Shown here piece by piece: positions 48,805 through 57,743 of a stretch of 57,743 bases of DNA. The position numbers were made by a program, and so were the translations under genes. The notes under the pieces are model-generated. The model did not search any database and was not told the origin of the DNA. It saw only the letters and a program-made list of their open reading frames with translations. The DNA is taken from contig SHXV01000002.1 in NCBI GenBank assembly GCA_009693105.1, forward strand, positions 1 through 57,743, written 5' to 3'. Position 1 is the stretch's first letter. The number at the start of each line of letters is the position of its first letter. Source of the DNA: Dehalococcoidia bacterium. GTDB taxonomy: Bacteria > Chloroflexota > Dehalococcoidia > SHXV01.

Positions 48805-50279
48805 CGGGGCCGGCCTGCCGCCGGCGGGCGCTCATCTAGCGCTGCGGTTAGTTCCTCACGAAGGGATTCCGTAACGGTGTCGATGTCGTCCCGGCCCACG
48901 CGGGGGAAGCGCCGGGCTAGCGCGCGCAGCCGGGGGGGGAGGTCCACCTGGGGCGGGGCATCGACGAGGAGGTCGCGCAGGAACGTCGCCAGCTCTTCGT
49001 CCATGATCTCCGCCAGTGCGGTGACATCGCTGGCCTGCGCCACCCGCAGGAAGCGATCGATCCGGTCGCTCCCCCGCTCGTCCCCCTTTTTGTCCAAAAT
49101 GCGCCGCACCGCCCGCGTGGCCAGCCGGCGTTGGTGCCGGTCCAGTGCCCGGCCGATCCGGGCGCTGATATCGGCCGCGCGCCCCGTCGGCGCTTCATCG
49201 GTTAGCGAGCGTCCGCAGAGGGGGCAGAGCGCCTCACCCTCTGGCAGCGCGTCCGGCCCGGCGCAGGGCGCGGTCAACGCGGCGAACCGCTCGAACTCGC
49301 GCAGGGCCGCGGCGGCCAGGGGCGGGCCGAGCCCTTCGATGCTGTTGAGCAGGCTGAGTGCGCGCGCGCTCTCTCCCACCAGCGGCAGGCCTTCGGCCAG
49401 GCGCGCCTCGGTCTCCCGCAGCGCTCGGTGGTGGCCTTCGTAGAAGGCGCGGTAGCGGCGGCGGAGGTACTCGAACGTCGCCCCCATCGCCGCCATCCGG
49501 TGCGGCTCCGCCAGCAGGGTGCCGAAGGACAGCTGCTCCCGCGTGATCGCGCGATCGAGCGCCAGGTCCACCAGCGCGGTCGGCACCTGCGCCAATTCCA
49601 GGTAGAGGCGCAACTCCAGAAGCCGGGCGGCCTCCCCCGGCAGGTCGAGCCATGCGCAGAGGAAATAAACGTCATCGGCGATCTGAGCGGGGTGTGACGG
49701 CGCCTTTCCCTCCGCCGGCGAAAGCGCTGCGTCCAGCCGGCCCGCCGCCTCGCGCACGGCGGCCCTAGAACTGCCCGCCGCAGGCAAAAGCTGTCCCTCC
49801 GCACCGACGCGGGCCAGCAGGGCGCGTAGCCCGGCAGCGGCTGCTTCGATAGGGCAGCCAAGGGCGGCGGCCGTGGCGCGCTGCCATGCCGGCATCTCCT
49901 CCGGCAGGAGGAGACGGAGAAGGGTTTCCCAGTGCGGACCGTCCCCCAGGAACAGATCGCCGGGCGGGGCGGATGCCCCGGCGGAGGTGATCACCCGTCC
50001 CCCCCGCAACGCGGGGATCAGGGAGCCGTCCAGATCACGTTCGGCACCAGCGTAGGCCGTGGCGGGCTCCGCCACGCGCCGGATCGCTGGGGTGAGCACC
50101 GCCACCGCGGGGTGGTGTACCACCGGGTTCGCCGACCGGGTTAGCGCGACGATGCGGAAATCATCGCCCGCCGGCACCGCGTCCAGGGATGCGGTCCAAT
50201 CGCCGGCGATGATCAGTTCTCCGTGTAGCGCGACGCCACGCGGACGGTCCTCCAGGGTGAGTGTACGTGGCTTCTGCAT
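48801..50279 (-). CDS. hypothetical protein (492 aa), Ala/Leu/Arg-rich, single C-x13-CPLC motif, no domain recognised
   Basis: This long ORF lies between cysteine desulfurase and pth on the same strand. The opposite-strand frames are Ser/Arg-rich junk, which supports this frame as the coding one. Confidence 0.6.
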   Translation of the reverse strand: MQKPRTLTLEDRPRGVALHGELIIAGDWTASLDAVPAGDDFRIVALTRSANPVVHHPAVAVLTPAIRRVAEPATAYAGAERDLDGSLIPALRGGRVITSAGASAPPGDLFLGDGPHWETLLRLLLPEEMPAWQRATAAALGCPIEAAAAGLRALLARVGAEGQLLPAAGSSRAAVREAAGRLDAALSPAEGKAPSHPAQIADDVYFLCAWLDLPGEAARLLELRLYLELAQVPTALVDLALDRAITREQLSFGTLLAEPHRMAAMGATFEYLRRRYRAFYEGHHRALRETEARLAEGLPLVGESARALSLLNSIEGLGPPLAAAALREFERFAALTAPCAGPDALPEGEALCPLCGRSLTDEAPTGRAADISARIGRALDRHQRRLATRAVRRILDKKGDERGSDRIDRFLRVAQASDVTALAEIMDEELATFLRDLLVDAPPQVDLPPRLRALARRFPRVGRDDIDTVTESLREELTAALDERPPAAGRPR

Positions 50280-50324
50280 ACTGGCCGCATGATAGCGAAC
50301 GGCGCGCCGGGGTGTCGAGGAAGG

Positions 50325-51518
50325 TTACGCGCGGGTAGAGGCGAGCTCCCGCACCACGCGGGGAACGATGGCAAGCGCGGCGTCGATCTCCGCATCTGTC
50401 GTGGCACGGCCCAGGCTGAGCCGCAGGGCACCGCTCGCTTCCTCTAGTGTCCGGCCCATGGCGAGGAGGACGTGTGAGGGCTCCCACGTCACGTGGGCGC
50501 AGGCGCTGCCGGCGCTGGCGGCGATGCCCTGCCGGTCCAGCGCCATCAGCAGCGATTCGCCATCGACGCCGGGAAAGCTGAAGTTGACGTTGTTGGATAG
50601 GCGCTCCATGCGGGGGCCGTTCAGTTGCGCCGACGGGAGGCTGGAGGCGATGCCGTCGATCAGGCGGTCGCGCAGCCGCCGCAGCCGGGGCGCCGTGCGC
50701 GGCCGCTCCGCCTCCGCCAGCGCCAGCGCGGTGGCCATGCCGATGGCCCCGGCGACGTTCTCCGTGCCGGCGCGCCGCCTGCGTTCCTGCACGCCGCCGT
50801 CCATGAGGGGAAGGAAGGGAGTGGCCCGCCGGATCGCCAGCGCGCCCACGCCCTCCGGACCGCCGAACTTGTGCGCGGAGAGAGACAGCAGATCGACACC
50901 GAGGGACGCCATGTCCGCGCTCACCATGCCGGGGGCCTGGACCGCGTCCGTGTGCAGGGCGATGCGCCGATCCAGCGCCCGCTCCTGTTCCCGGACGGCG
51001 CGCGCGATCTCGGCGATGGGGAGGACGCTGCCGACTTCGTTGTTGGCGTACATAACGCTGACCAGGACGGTCCGGGGCGTGATCGCCGCGGCCACGTCCG
51101 CGGGCGTGATGAGGCCGAATCGATCGACGGGGAGGTAGGTCACCTCAAAACCGAACCGCTCCAGGTATCGGCAGCTGTTCAGCGTGGCCTGGTGCTCCGC
51201 CTCGGTCGTGATGATGTGGTTGCCCGTCCCCGCCTGCCATTCCGCCAGCGCCACGCCCTTGATCGCCGTGTTCACCGATTCCGTGCCGCCGCTGGTGAAC
51301 GTCACCTCCGTGGGAGAGGCGGCGAGGATGTCCGCGACGGTTCGGCGCGCGTTTTCTAGCGCGTTCAGGGCCTCCTTTCCCTCCCGGTGGAGGGAGGAGG
51401 GGTTGCCGCCGTGGGCGTGCAGATACGCCGTCATGGCGTCCAGCGCCTCCGGGCGAAGGGGGGAGCCGGAAGCGTGATCGAGGTAGATGCGATCTGGCAA
51501 GGGAGGCCTCGATGTCAT
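50325..51518 (-). CDS. cysteine desulfurase (class V aminotransferase, NifS/IscS-like)
   Basis: Motifs are IYLDHASGSP, FTSGGTESVN, SAHKFGGPEGVGAL containing the PLP lysine, GTENV and SAGSACA containing the active-site Cys. The start is at the internal ATG (MTSRPPLPDRIYLD). Confidence 0.9.
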   Translation of the reverse strand: MTSRPPLPDRIYLDHASGSPLRPEALDAMTAYLHAHGGNPSSLHREGKEALNALENARRTVADILAASPTEVTFTSGGTESVNTAIKGVALAEWQAGTGNHIITTEAEHQATLNSCRYLERFGFEVTYLPVDRFGLITPADVAAAITPRTVLVSVMYANNEVGSVLPIAEIARAVREQERALDRRIALHTDAVQAPGMVSADMASLGVDLLSLSAHKFGGPEGVGALAIRRATPFLPLMDGGVQERRRRAGTENVAGAIGMATALALAEAERPRTAPRLRRLRDRLIDGIASSLPSAQLNGPRMERLSNNVNFSFPGVDGESLLMALDRQGIAASAGSACAHVTWEPSHVLLAMGRTLEEASGALRLSLGRATTDAEIDAALAIVPRVVRELASTRA

Positions 51519-51531
51519 CGCCCGCCGGGGG

Positions 51532-52080
51532 CTAGTGCCACTCGGTTTCGATGAGCTGCTTGACGTGTCGGGTGAGGGTGAGCAGCACCGCTTCATCTTC
51601 GTCGGTGAATGGCTCGCCGCCATTGCGGTCGGTCACGTAGAGCGAGCCGCGCACCACGCCGTTCGCCCAGAGCGGGACGCCCAGCAGGGTCTGCATGGCC
51701 GGATGGGCGGGTGGGAAGCCGAACAGGTCCGGGTGCTGCTCCACGTTATCGACCCGCACGGGCTTGCCATCGCGCCGGAGGTTCCCCAGCAGCGCGTGCC
51801 CCTGGGGCGGGGCCTTTAACTTACGCTCCGCTTCCTCATCCAGCCCGCTGGTAACAAAGCCTTCCATCTGGTCCTGCTCATCGGTCACGCCAAGGGCGGC
51901 GTAGCGGGCGTGCGTGAGTTCGCGGGCGATGTTCGCGATCCCCTCCAGCTCGTCGGTCGGAGTCGGCGGCTTGGGCTGCAGGATGAACGCTGCGAGCGCT
52001 TTGAGCGCGCGGTATTCACCATCCTCTTCTATGGGCTTTTCCTGGGGCTCTATGGTGGCGGTCGATCCTGCGCTTGTCAT
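51532..52080 (-). CDS. GAF domain-containing protein
   Basis: The stand-alone GAF-like core reads IARELTHARYAALGVTDEQ..GFVTSGL..LLGVPLWANGVVRGSLYVTD. The start was taken at an internal ATG. Confidence 0.7.
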   Translation of the reverse strand: MTSAGSTATIEPQEKPIEEDGEYRALKALAAFILQPKPPTPTDELEGIANIARELTHARYAALGVTDEQDQMEGFVTSGLDEEAERKLKAPPQGHALLGNLRRDGKPVRVDNVEQHPDLFGFPPAHPAMQTLLGVPLWANGVVRGSLYVTDRNGGEPFTDEDEAVLLTLTRHVKQLIETEWH

Positions 52081-52185
52081 GGCTCGATCATAGATCAGTC
52101 TGCTGGAACTGCAAAGGGCTGTCCCGCTGTTCCTCTCCCCACCTATACTACGCCTGTGCCGCAATTCGGGATGGCGGGAGGAAGC

Positions 52186-53268
52186 ATGGAGGGGAAGAGG
52201 TGGAGCAAGCGAAGCTGGGCGGCCTCCGTGCTTGCCGGGCTGTTGCTGCTCCTGCTTGCCGGAGGGGCGGGCGCCGCTATCGCCCTGCGCTACTTCGATG
52301 ACCATGGGGGGCCGGCCGCCGTTGGGGGAGGCTCGGTCACGGAGCGGGTGGCGGCGGCCGGCCTACCGTCCCTCGTGATCATCGTTGTGACTCAGCGTCC
52401 CCGCCAGGAAGACGGGGAGACCGTTCAGGACGTCACGCTGGGCTCCGGCATCATCATCGACGGGCGTGGATTTGTCGTCACGAATGAGCATGTGGTGCGT
52501 GACGCCGCCCGGATAATCGTGACGCTGGCCGACGGCCGGAAGATGCGCGGTACGCTCGTGTCCGATGACCGCCCCTTCACCGATCTCGCCGTCGTCCGCC
52601 TTGAGGGGGGAGGACCGTTCTCCGCGCTTTCGCTCGGTGATTCCGATGCGCTACACTTGGGGCAGACGCTGGTGATGGTCGGAAACAGCTTGAAGTACTT
52701 TCCCGCCAGCGTGACCACCGGCGTGGTGAGCGGGTTACACCGTGACTGGGCGCAGGATGACATCGTGATGGAAGACATGCTCCAGACGGACGCCGCCGTG
52801 AACCACGGCAATAGTGGCGGGGCGCTCCTCACGGAGCGCGGCGAGCTTGTTGGGCTGGTCACCAAGGTTGTGGACCAGACGGAGCTGGGCCAGCCGGTTC
52901 AGGGCATCGCCCTGGCCATCTCCAGCCGTACGATCCGGGACGTCGCCGAGGCGATGATCGAGCGGGGCAGCAAGCCGCGGCCCGCGCTGGGGCTCGTGCA
53001 CGCCGATGTATCGCCGGACCTGGCGGCGGCCAACGGGTTCCTGCCGGTGCAGGCGGCGTTTGTTCGCTCGGTCGCCTCAGGCTCTCCCGCGGAACGGGGC
53101 GGGTTGCGCCCGGATGACCTCATCCTGAGCATGGGGGGGATAACGCTAACGGAAGAGCGGCCGTACAACAACGTGCTCATGCGCCTGCCCATAGGTCGGG
53201 CGGCGCCGGTGGAGGTGGTGCGCGGGCGTGCCCGCATCACGGTCACGGTAATTCCGGAGGCGCGCTGA
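52186..53268 (+). CDS. HtrA/DegP-type trypsin-like serine protease with C-terminal PDZ domain
   Basis: It has an N-terminal TM segment, the catalytic triad contexts TNEHVV, DLAVVRL and GNSGGAL, and then a PDZ-like segment. An alternative ATG lies at 52171. Confidence 0.85.
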   Translation: MEGKRWSKRSWAASVLAGLLLLLLAGGAGAAIALRYFDDHGGPAAVGGGSVTERVAAAGLPSLVIIVVTQRPRQEDGETVQDVTLGSGIIIDGRGFVVTNEHVVRDAARIIVTLADGRKMRGTLVSDDRPFTDLAVVRLEGGGPFSALSLGDSDALHLGQTLVMVGNSLKYFPASVTTGVVSGLHRDWAQDDIVMEDMLQTDAAVNHGNSGGALLTERGELVGLVTKVVDQTELGQPVQGIALAISSRTIRDVAEAMIERGSKPRPALGLVHADVSPDLAAANGFLPVQAAFVRSVASGSPAERGGLRPDDLILSMGGITLTEERPYNNVLMRLPIGRAAPVEVVRGRARITVTVIPEAR

Positions 53269-53286
53269 CATGGGAGTGGGGAAGCC

Positions 53287-55128
53287 ATGACGCAGGGCGG
53301 TGGGCCCTTTGACCGCATTCTGAAGAAACCCTCTGAAGGGGGGCGCACGCCTCCGGCCACCCCGCTGGGCGGCCTGGGACGGGGCGGCGGTAAGGTCCCT
53401 CGGCCGGCGCCTACCACCCTATTTCGCCGCTCGCCCGATGTCGCGCCGGAGCCGGGGCGGCGCCCTTCGCTGGACCGGCCAGGGCAGCGTAAGAGTGGGG
53501 GTGGCCCCCTCCCGGGCGCTCCCCGCGCGCCATACGTGGTGGGCGCCATCATCATTGTCTTTGGGCTACTGCTCTGGATAGCGTTCTTGCCTCCGTTCAC
53601 CGCGCTAGGCGGCGGTGGGCAAAGCGGGTTCGATCTGGGGTCCGGGATCCGAGCCGTGCCCCAGGATAAGCTGCCGGCTGTGCCGGACGGGCTGACGCCG
53701 GTGAGCCAGTTCTTTGAGATACGCGCGCCGGAGAACATCGCGATCGATTCGATCACGATCGACCTGAACGGGCGGACGCAGGACGGGGCGAACCTGGGCT
53801 TCTACACCTTCGATCGCGATGTGTGGCGCCGGCTGCAGCGGGCGGAGCTGGTCCAGGAGGGGGAAGCGGTGCGGGGCGAGTTCACGGCGCTTCCTAAGAA
53901 CCTGGCGGTCATGCGCAACGTGAACTTCGGCTTTGTCGTCTCCGGGTGGCTTCCTGCCGGCAAGGAGGTGGAGGCCAACGCCGTTTCCCTGCTGACCGTG
54001 CTCAATCCAATCGATTACCACCCGGACCCCACCGGCTCCGTCTCTGGCGCTCCTTCACGGGTGACCAACGTCGGACAGTTCGCTATCGCGCCCACGATCA
54101 GCGTCGACTCCAAGCCCGATATCGACGCGCTGAACACGATCATGCGCTCTCCCCAGCTCATCACCGCCCACGTCAACGCCATCGGCAGACTGGTTGATGA
54201 GGGTGGGTATATCGGGATCGACCTCGATTACCGCCGTCTCGATCCGTCGCTCGGGTCCCAGTTCTCGGAGTTCGCGTCACAGCTGGCGTCCCGGCTGCAC
54301 AGCAAGCAGAAGACGCTGAGCCTGACGCTGCGCCTGCCGATTCGGGACCGGGAGACGTGGGACACCGGCCCGTTCAACTGGAAACAGCTGGGAGAAGTGG
54401 CGGACCAGGTCCGCGTCCCCGCCATTTCCGACCAGTCGATCTATGCCGCCCGCATGGAGGATGTTCTCAAGTTCGCCACCACGGAGGTAACGGCGAAGAA
54501 GCTGCTCCTTGTGGTCACGCCCTACAGCTCCGTGCGGGCCGGCGATAGTATTACGCCGCTATCTCTGGCCCAGGCGCTGGCGCTGGGGACGGAAGCGGGG
54601 ATCAAGGAGAGCGGCGCACCGCTGGTGGCGGGTGGGGCGGTGACGCTGGTTGCCCCCAACCTTTCCAAGGACCGCAAGGGCAGCGGTATCCGCTGGGACG
54701 ATGAAGCGAACGCGTCCACCTTCTTCTTTGAGAAGGACGGCAAGCTCATTTCCGTGTGGCTGGAAGACCAGTTCAGCCTGGCGTTTAAGATGCAGCTGGT
54801 GCGCAAGTACAAGCTGGGGGGCGTAGCCGTGCTGGACGTCTCCACCGATAAGCTGAAGGCGGACATCTGGCCATCCATCCGCAGCGTAGTGGACGGTGGC
54901 ACCATCCGGCTGCTCAAACCGAACCCTGAACTGCTCCAGCCAGCGTGGGAGATCGCCGATCCCAGCGGGGCCGCCGTCGCCGTTTCCACCCTGCAGCCCC
55001 AGGGCGATGGTGCGACGCGCTGGCAGATTCCCAACACGGCGGGAACGTACACGGCTACGCTCATCGTCAGCAACGGCGATATGCGCGTGGGGCAGAAGGT
55101 GCGGATCAGTGTCTCCCCGCGCGGGTAG
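53287..55128 (+). CDS. membrane-anchored GH18-like (chitinase-fold) protein with the catalytic Glu position substituted
   Basis: It has a disordered basic N-terminus plus the TM segment VVGAIIIVFGLLLWIAFL. The core GGYIGIDLDYRRLD matches the GH18 DxxDxDxE motif except that Arg (codon 54232..54234) sits where the Glu is expected. The C-terminus looks beta-sandwich-like. Confidence 0.6.
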   Translation: MTQGGGPFDRILKKPSEGGRTPPATPLGGLGRGGGKVPRPAPTTLFRRSPDVAPEPGRRPSLDRPGQRKSGGGPLPGAPRAPYVVGAIIIVFGLLLWIAFLPPFTALGGGGQSGFDLGSGIRAVPQDKLPAVPDGLTPVSQFFEIRAPENIAIDSITIDLNGRTQDGANLGFYTFDRDVWRRLQRAELVQEGEAVRGEFTALPKNLAVMRNVNFGFVVSGWLPAGKEVEANAVSLLTVLNPIDYHPDPTGSVSGAPSRVTNVGQFAIAPTISVDSKPDIDALNTIMRSPQLITAHVNAIGRLVDEGGYIGIDLDYRRLDPSLGSQFSEFASQLASRLHSKQKTLSLTLRLPIRDRETWDTGPFNWKQLGEVADQVRVPAISDQSIYAARMEDVLKFATTEVTAKKLLLVVTPYSSVRAGDSITPLSLAQALALGTEAGIKESGAPLVAGGAVTLVAPNLSKDRKGSGIRWDDEANASTFFFEKDGKLISVWLEDQFSLAFKMQLVRKYKLGGVAVLDVSTDKLKADIWPSIRSVVDGGTIRLLKPNPELLQPAWEIADPSGAAVAVSTLQPQGDGATRWQIPNTAGTYTATLIVSNGDMRVGQKVRISVSPRG

Positions 55129-55143
55129 GCCGGCCGGCAGGGG

Positions 55144-55695
55144 ATGAGAGTGATCGCCGGGAGCGCGCGGGGCAGACCGCTGTCGGCGCCACCCGGGACC
55201 GCCACCCGTCCCACCAGCGACCGCGTTCGGGGGGCGATGTTCGATATACTCGCCGCCGCCGGAGCCGACTTCTCGCGGGTGCTGGACCTTTACGCCGGCA
55301 GCGGCGCGCTGGGCATCGAGGCGCTGAGCCGGAACGATGGCGCCTGCGATTTCGTGGAGGGCGATGCCCGGGCCTGCGGGGCGATCCGGCGCAATCTGGC
55401 ATCGCTGGGCATGGAGGAGCGCGCCCATGTCTACCAGATGGCGGTGGCGAGGGCGCTTCGGGAATTGCCCGGACCATATACACTGGTGCTCATGGATCCG
55501 CCCTACGCCGATGAGGAAGCAGTGTCCCTGCTCGACGCCTGGGCGGGGCCGGAACGGCTGGACGTGGGGGCGATCATCGTGCTGGAACACTCGCGGCGGA
55601 CGGCGGCGCCAGAGCGGTTGGGTATGCTGCCCTTGTTCCGGGAACGACGCCACGGCGATACGATGATCGCTATCTATGCCGCCGCCGAAGCGTAG
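55144..55695 (+). CDS. rsmD: 16S rRNA (guanine966-N2)-methyltransferase
   Basis: Motifs are MRVIAGSARGR, RPTSDRVRGAMFDIL, LDLYAGSGALGIEALSR and MDPPY. Confidence 0.85.
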   Translation: MRVIAGSARGRPLSAPPGTATRPTSDRVRGAMFDILAAAGADFSRVLDLYAGSGALGIEALSRNDGACDFVEGDARACGAIRRNLASLGMEERAHVYQMAVARALRELPGPYTLVLMDPPYADEEAVSLLDAWAGPERLDVGAIIVLEHSRRTAAPERLGMLPLFRERRHGDTMIAIYAAAEA

Positions 55696-55736
55696 ATCCT
55701 CCGGGCGGGAGAGACCGAGGCAAGGGGGCCGATGCT

Positions 55737-56249
55737 GTGAGAATCGCGCTGTACCCGGGGCGGTTCGACCCTGTCACCAACGGGCACCTGGACATCGTGG
55801 AACGGGCCGCCTCAATCTTCGATAAGCTCATCGTTGCGGTGTATTCCGTCCAGGAGGGGGCCGCGCTCTTCACCACGGAGGAGCGCGTATCGATGTTCGC
55901 GCGGGCGGTCAAGCCCATGCCGAACGTGAGTGTCCTCTCCTTCGACGGGCTGGTGGTGGACATGGCCCGGGAGAACAACGCCCTCTTCCTGGTGCGTGGG
56001 ATTCGCGCCGTTACCGGTTTTGAGAGCGAGTTCGATATGGCGCTCATGAACAAGAAGATGGCGCCAGAGATTGAATCGGTGTATCTTATGGCGAGTATTG
56101 AGCACCTGTTTGTGAGCGCCAGCCGGATACGGGAAGTAGCGCGCCTGGGATTCAATGTAGAGTCGCTGGTCCCTTCGCACGTGTGGACGGCGCTTCAAGA
56201 GAAGTTCCCATCACTCACCTCAGCGCGTACCATGGGAGGACTCACGTAG
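55737..56249 (+). CDS. coaD: phosphopantetheine adenylyltransferase
   Basis: The translation reads YPGRFDPVTNGHLDIVERA.., with RGIRAVTGFESE and SASRIRE. It uses a GTG start. Confidence 0.9.
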   Translation: MRIALYPGRFDPVTNGHLDIVERAASIFDKLIVAVYSVQEGAALFTTEERVSMFARAVKPMPNVSVLSFDGLVVDMARENNALFLVRGIRAVTGFESEFDMALMNKKMAPEIESVYLMASIEHLFVSASRIREVARLGFNVESLVPSHVWTALQEKFPSLTSARTMGGLT

Positions 56250-56992
56250 ACCTGCAGCGATTGATCGATGAGCTTGAAGAGCTCGTTGCGGAGGGGCGCC
56301 GCATGCCGCTGGGCGGCGGCGCGCTCATCGATCGCGTCCGCATCTACGATCTGATCGACCAGATGCGCGTATCCGGGCCGGGGATCACCGTCGTCCACTC
56401 GGAAGGATTCGTGGGCGACGATGAGATCGCTGCCCTGCGTCGCTCGGAAGCGGAGGCGCGGGCCCAGCTTACCCGGGCGGAGGAAGAGGTCAGCCGTCTT
56501 CGGCGGGAGCTGGACACGCGCATCTCAGAGCAGGGGGTGACGCGCATCGCCGAGGAGCGTAGCCGCGATCTGCTGGTGGAGGCGGACCAGCGGGTACAGC
56601 ATCTGCTCCGGGAGGCGGAAGAACAGGCGGCGGATCGGCTGGCGCAGGCGGCGCGCGTGGCGGCGCAACAACTGGAGGAGGCCGATTCCTACGCCCTACA
56701 GCTTCTGCAGCGGCTGGAAGAGCAGATCGGGCTGTTCCTGGATAACATTCGCAGCGGGATCGGCCAGATTGAAGGGAAGCGTCCCGCCGATGACGCGCCC
56801 GTGGCCCAGTACCGCCATGAACCGATGACGGCGGCGGGACGGTATGCCGCCGCTGACGTCGACGAGGAAGCCGAAGACACCGAAGGCGCCGAAAACGACA
56901 ACGATAAGTACGATAACGAGCAGGAGGAGCCTGAGGAGGAGGAGCCGAAAGCGCCCGGCCCGCAGCGCCGCTTCCCCTGGCTCAATGACTGA
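56183..56992 (+). CDS. hypothetical coiled-coil protein with a highly acidic C-terminal tail; start uncertain
   Basis: It contains heptad-like EA/RL-rich repeats (LLREAEEQAADRLAQAARVAAQQLEEAD) and the tail DEEAEDTEGAENDNDKYDNEQEEPEEEEPK. The ORF-track start at 56183 overlaps coaD by 67 nt and has no SD. An SD GGGAGGA at 56234..56240 points to a start near 56246..56261. Confidence 0.5.
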   Translation: MDGASREVPITHLSAYHGRTHVDLQRLIDELEELVAEGRRMPLGGGALIDRVRIYDLIDQMRVSGPGITVVHSEGFVGDDEIAALRRSEAEARAQLTRAEEEVSRLRRELDTRISEQGVTRIAEERSRDLLVEADQRVQHLLREAEEQAADRLAQAARVAAQQLEEADSYALQLLQRLEEQIGLFLDNIRSGIGQIEGKRPADDAPVAQYRHEPMTAAGRYAAADVDEEAEDTEGAENDNDKYDNEQEEPEEEEPKAPGPQRRFPWLND

Positions 56993-57051
56993 CTGCCCAC
57001 AGCGGCGGACCGCCCGCAACGGCGGCGGACCTTCGCCTGAGGTTTCCCTCC

Positions 57052-57743
57052 ATGTCTGACGAACGATCGGAGTATACGGCCCGGCGGCTGGAGAAGGCGG
57101 CCCGTCTGCGCCAGCGCGGCATCGACCCCTACCCGCCGCGCAGCAGTCGCACCCACACCACGGCCGATGCACTCGCCGCGTTCCAGACCACGGAGGAGCG
57201 GGGCGCCGAACAGCCCGCCGTCATCGTCGCGGGCCGGATCACGGCCCAGCGCACGATGGGCAAGGCCGCCTTCCTCGACCTGCGCGATGGCGCCGGCCGG
57301 CTGCAGGCGTATGTGAAACAGGACACCGTCGGCGCCGCCGCCTTCGCCCTGCTCGATGACCTGGACCTGGGCGACTTCATCGAAGTGGAAGGGCCGCTCT
57401 TTCGCACCCGCACCCACGAGCCCACCGTCGGGGCGACGCGCATCACCGTGCTCGCCAAGGCGCTGCGTCCGCCCCCGGAGAAGTGGCACGGCCTCAGCGA
57501 TGTCGAGATTCGCTATCGCCAGCGCTACCTGGACCTGATGGCGAACGAGGAGGTGAGGGAGGCTTTTCGCCTCCGCAGCCGCATCATCGCCGCCGTCCGC
57601 CGGTTCATGGACGGGGAGGGCTTCATCGAAGTGGAGACGCCGGTGCTCCAGCCCAGTGCGGGCGGCGCGGCGGCGCGGCCCTTCTTCACCCACCATACCG
57701 CGCTGGACCGCGAATTCGCGCTACGCATCTCCCTGGAGCTGCA
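57052..57743 (+). CDS. lysS: lysyl-tRNA synthetase (class II), 3'-truncated by window edge
   Basis: I translated this myself because it is not in the ORF track (no stop inside the window). It reads MSDERSEYTARRLEKAARLRQRGIDPYP, has an OB domain (VAGRITAQRTMGKAAFLDLRDGAGRLQAYV), then RYRQRYLDLMANEE and FIEVETPVLQP (motif 1 and 2 region). Confidence 0.9.
   Translation, partial: MSDERSEYTARRLEKAARLRQRGIDPYPPRSSRTHTTADALAAFQTTEERGAEQPAVIVAGRITAQRTMGKAAFLDLRDGAGRLQAYVKQDTVGAAAFALLDDLDLGDFIEVEGPLFRTRTHEPTVGATRITVLAKALRPPPEKWHGLSDVEIRYRQRYLDLMANEEVREAFRLRSRIIAAVRRFMDGEGFIEVETPVLQPSAGGAAARPFFTHHTALDREFALRISLEL

Overview
This is a high-GC, gene-dense bacterial window of 57.7 kb. By eye I found no rRNA, CRISPR array, IS element, transposase or integrase. 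It splits into three blocks. (1) 1-5.2 kb holds a 5'-truncated SDR, a badly decayed A24 prepilin-peptidase remnant and the cobalamin-dependent methionine synthase metH. (2) 5.4-37 kb is an accessory region for carboxylic-acid and CoA-ester metabolism. It contains a tandem-domain nitroreductase, three Amidohydrolase_2 (decarboxylase/hydrolase-type) genes, four family III CoA-transferases and an MFS-acsA-citrate synthase unit. It also has a head-to-tail array of four oxalate/formate-antiporter-like MFS genes plus two more MFS genes, SDR and luciferase-like monooxygenase genes, two thiolase-fold genes (one paired with a DUF35 Zn-ribbon/OB protein, one frameshifted) and decayed LivG/LivF-like ABC ATPases. 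No transcription factor is visible in this block. (3) 37-57.7 kb holds a four-gene envelope operon (two GT-C-like membrane proteins, a SAM methyltransferase, a membrane-anchored unknown), tRNA-Glu(UUC), rmuC and housekeeping genes. These are gatC-gatA, Lrp/AsnC plus aminotransferase, pth, cysteine desulfurase, a GAF protein, HtrA, a GH18-like protein, rsmD, coaD and partial lysS. The points most worth a second look are listed here. Frame-disrupted genes are confined to accessory functions. Thiolase-like/DUF35/amidohydrolase modules are duplicated, each with its own promoter and a covarying 3' hairpin. The MFS genes form a paralog array. An unrecognisable 492-aa protein is translationally coupled to pth. 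Several genes have a non-canonical codon at the position where the Shine-Dalgarno (SD) sequence predicts initiation. All functional calls come from reading the translations by eye, since no database search was possible.
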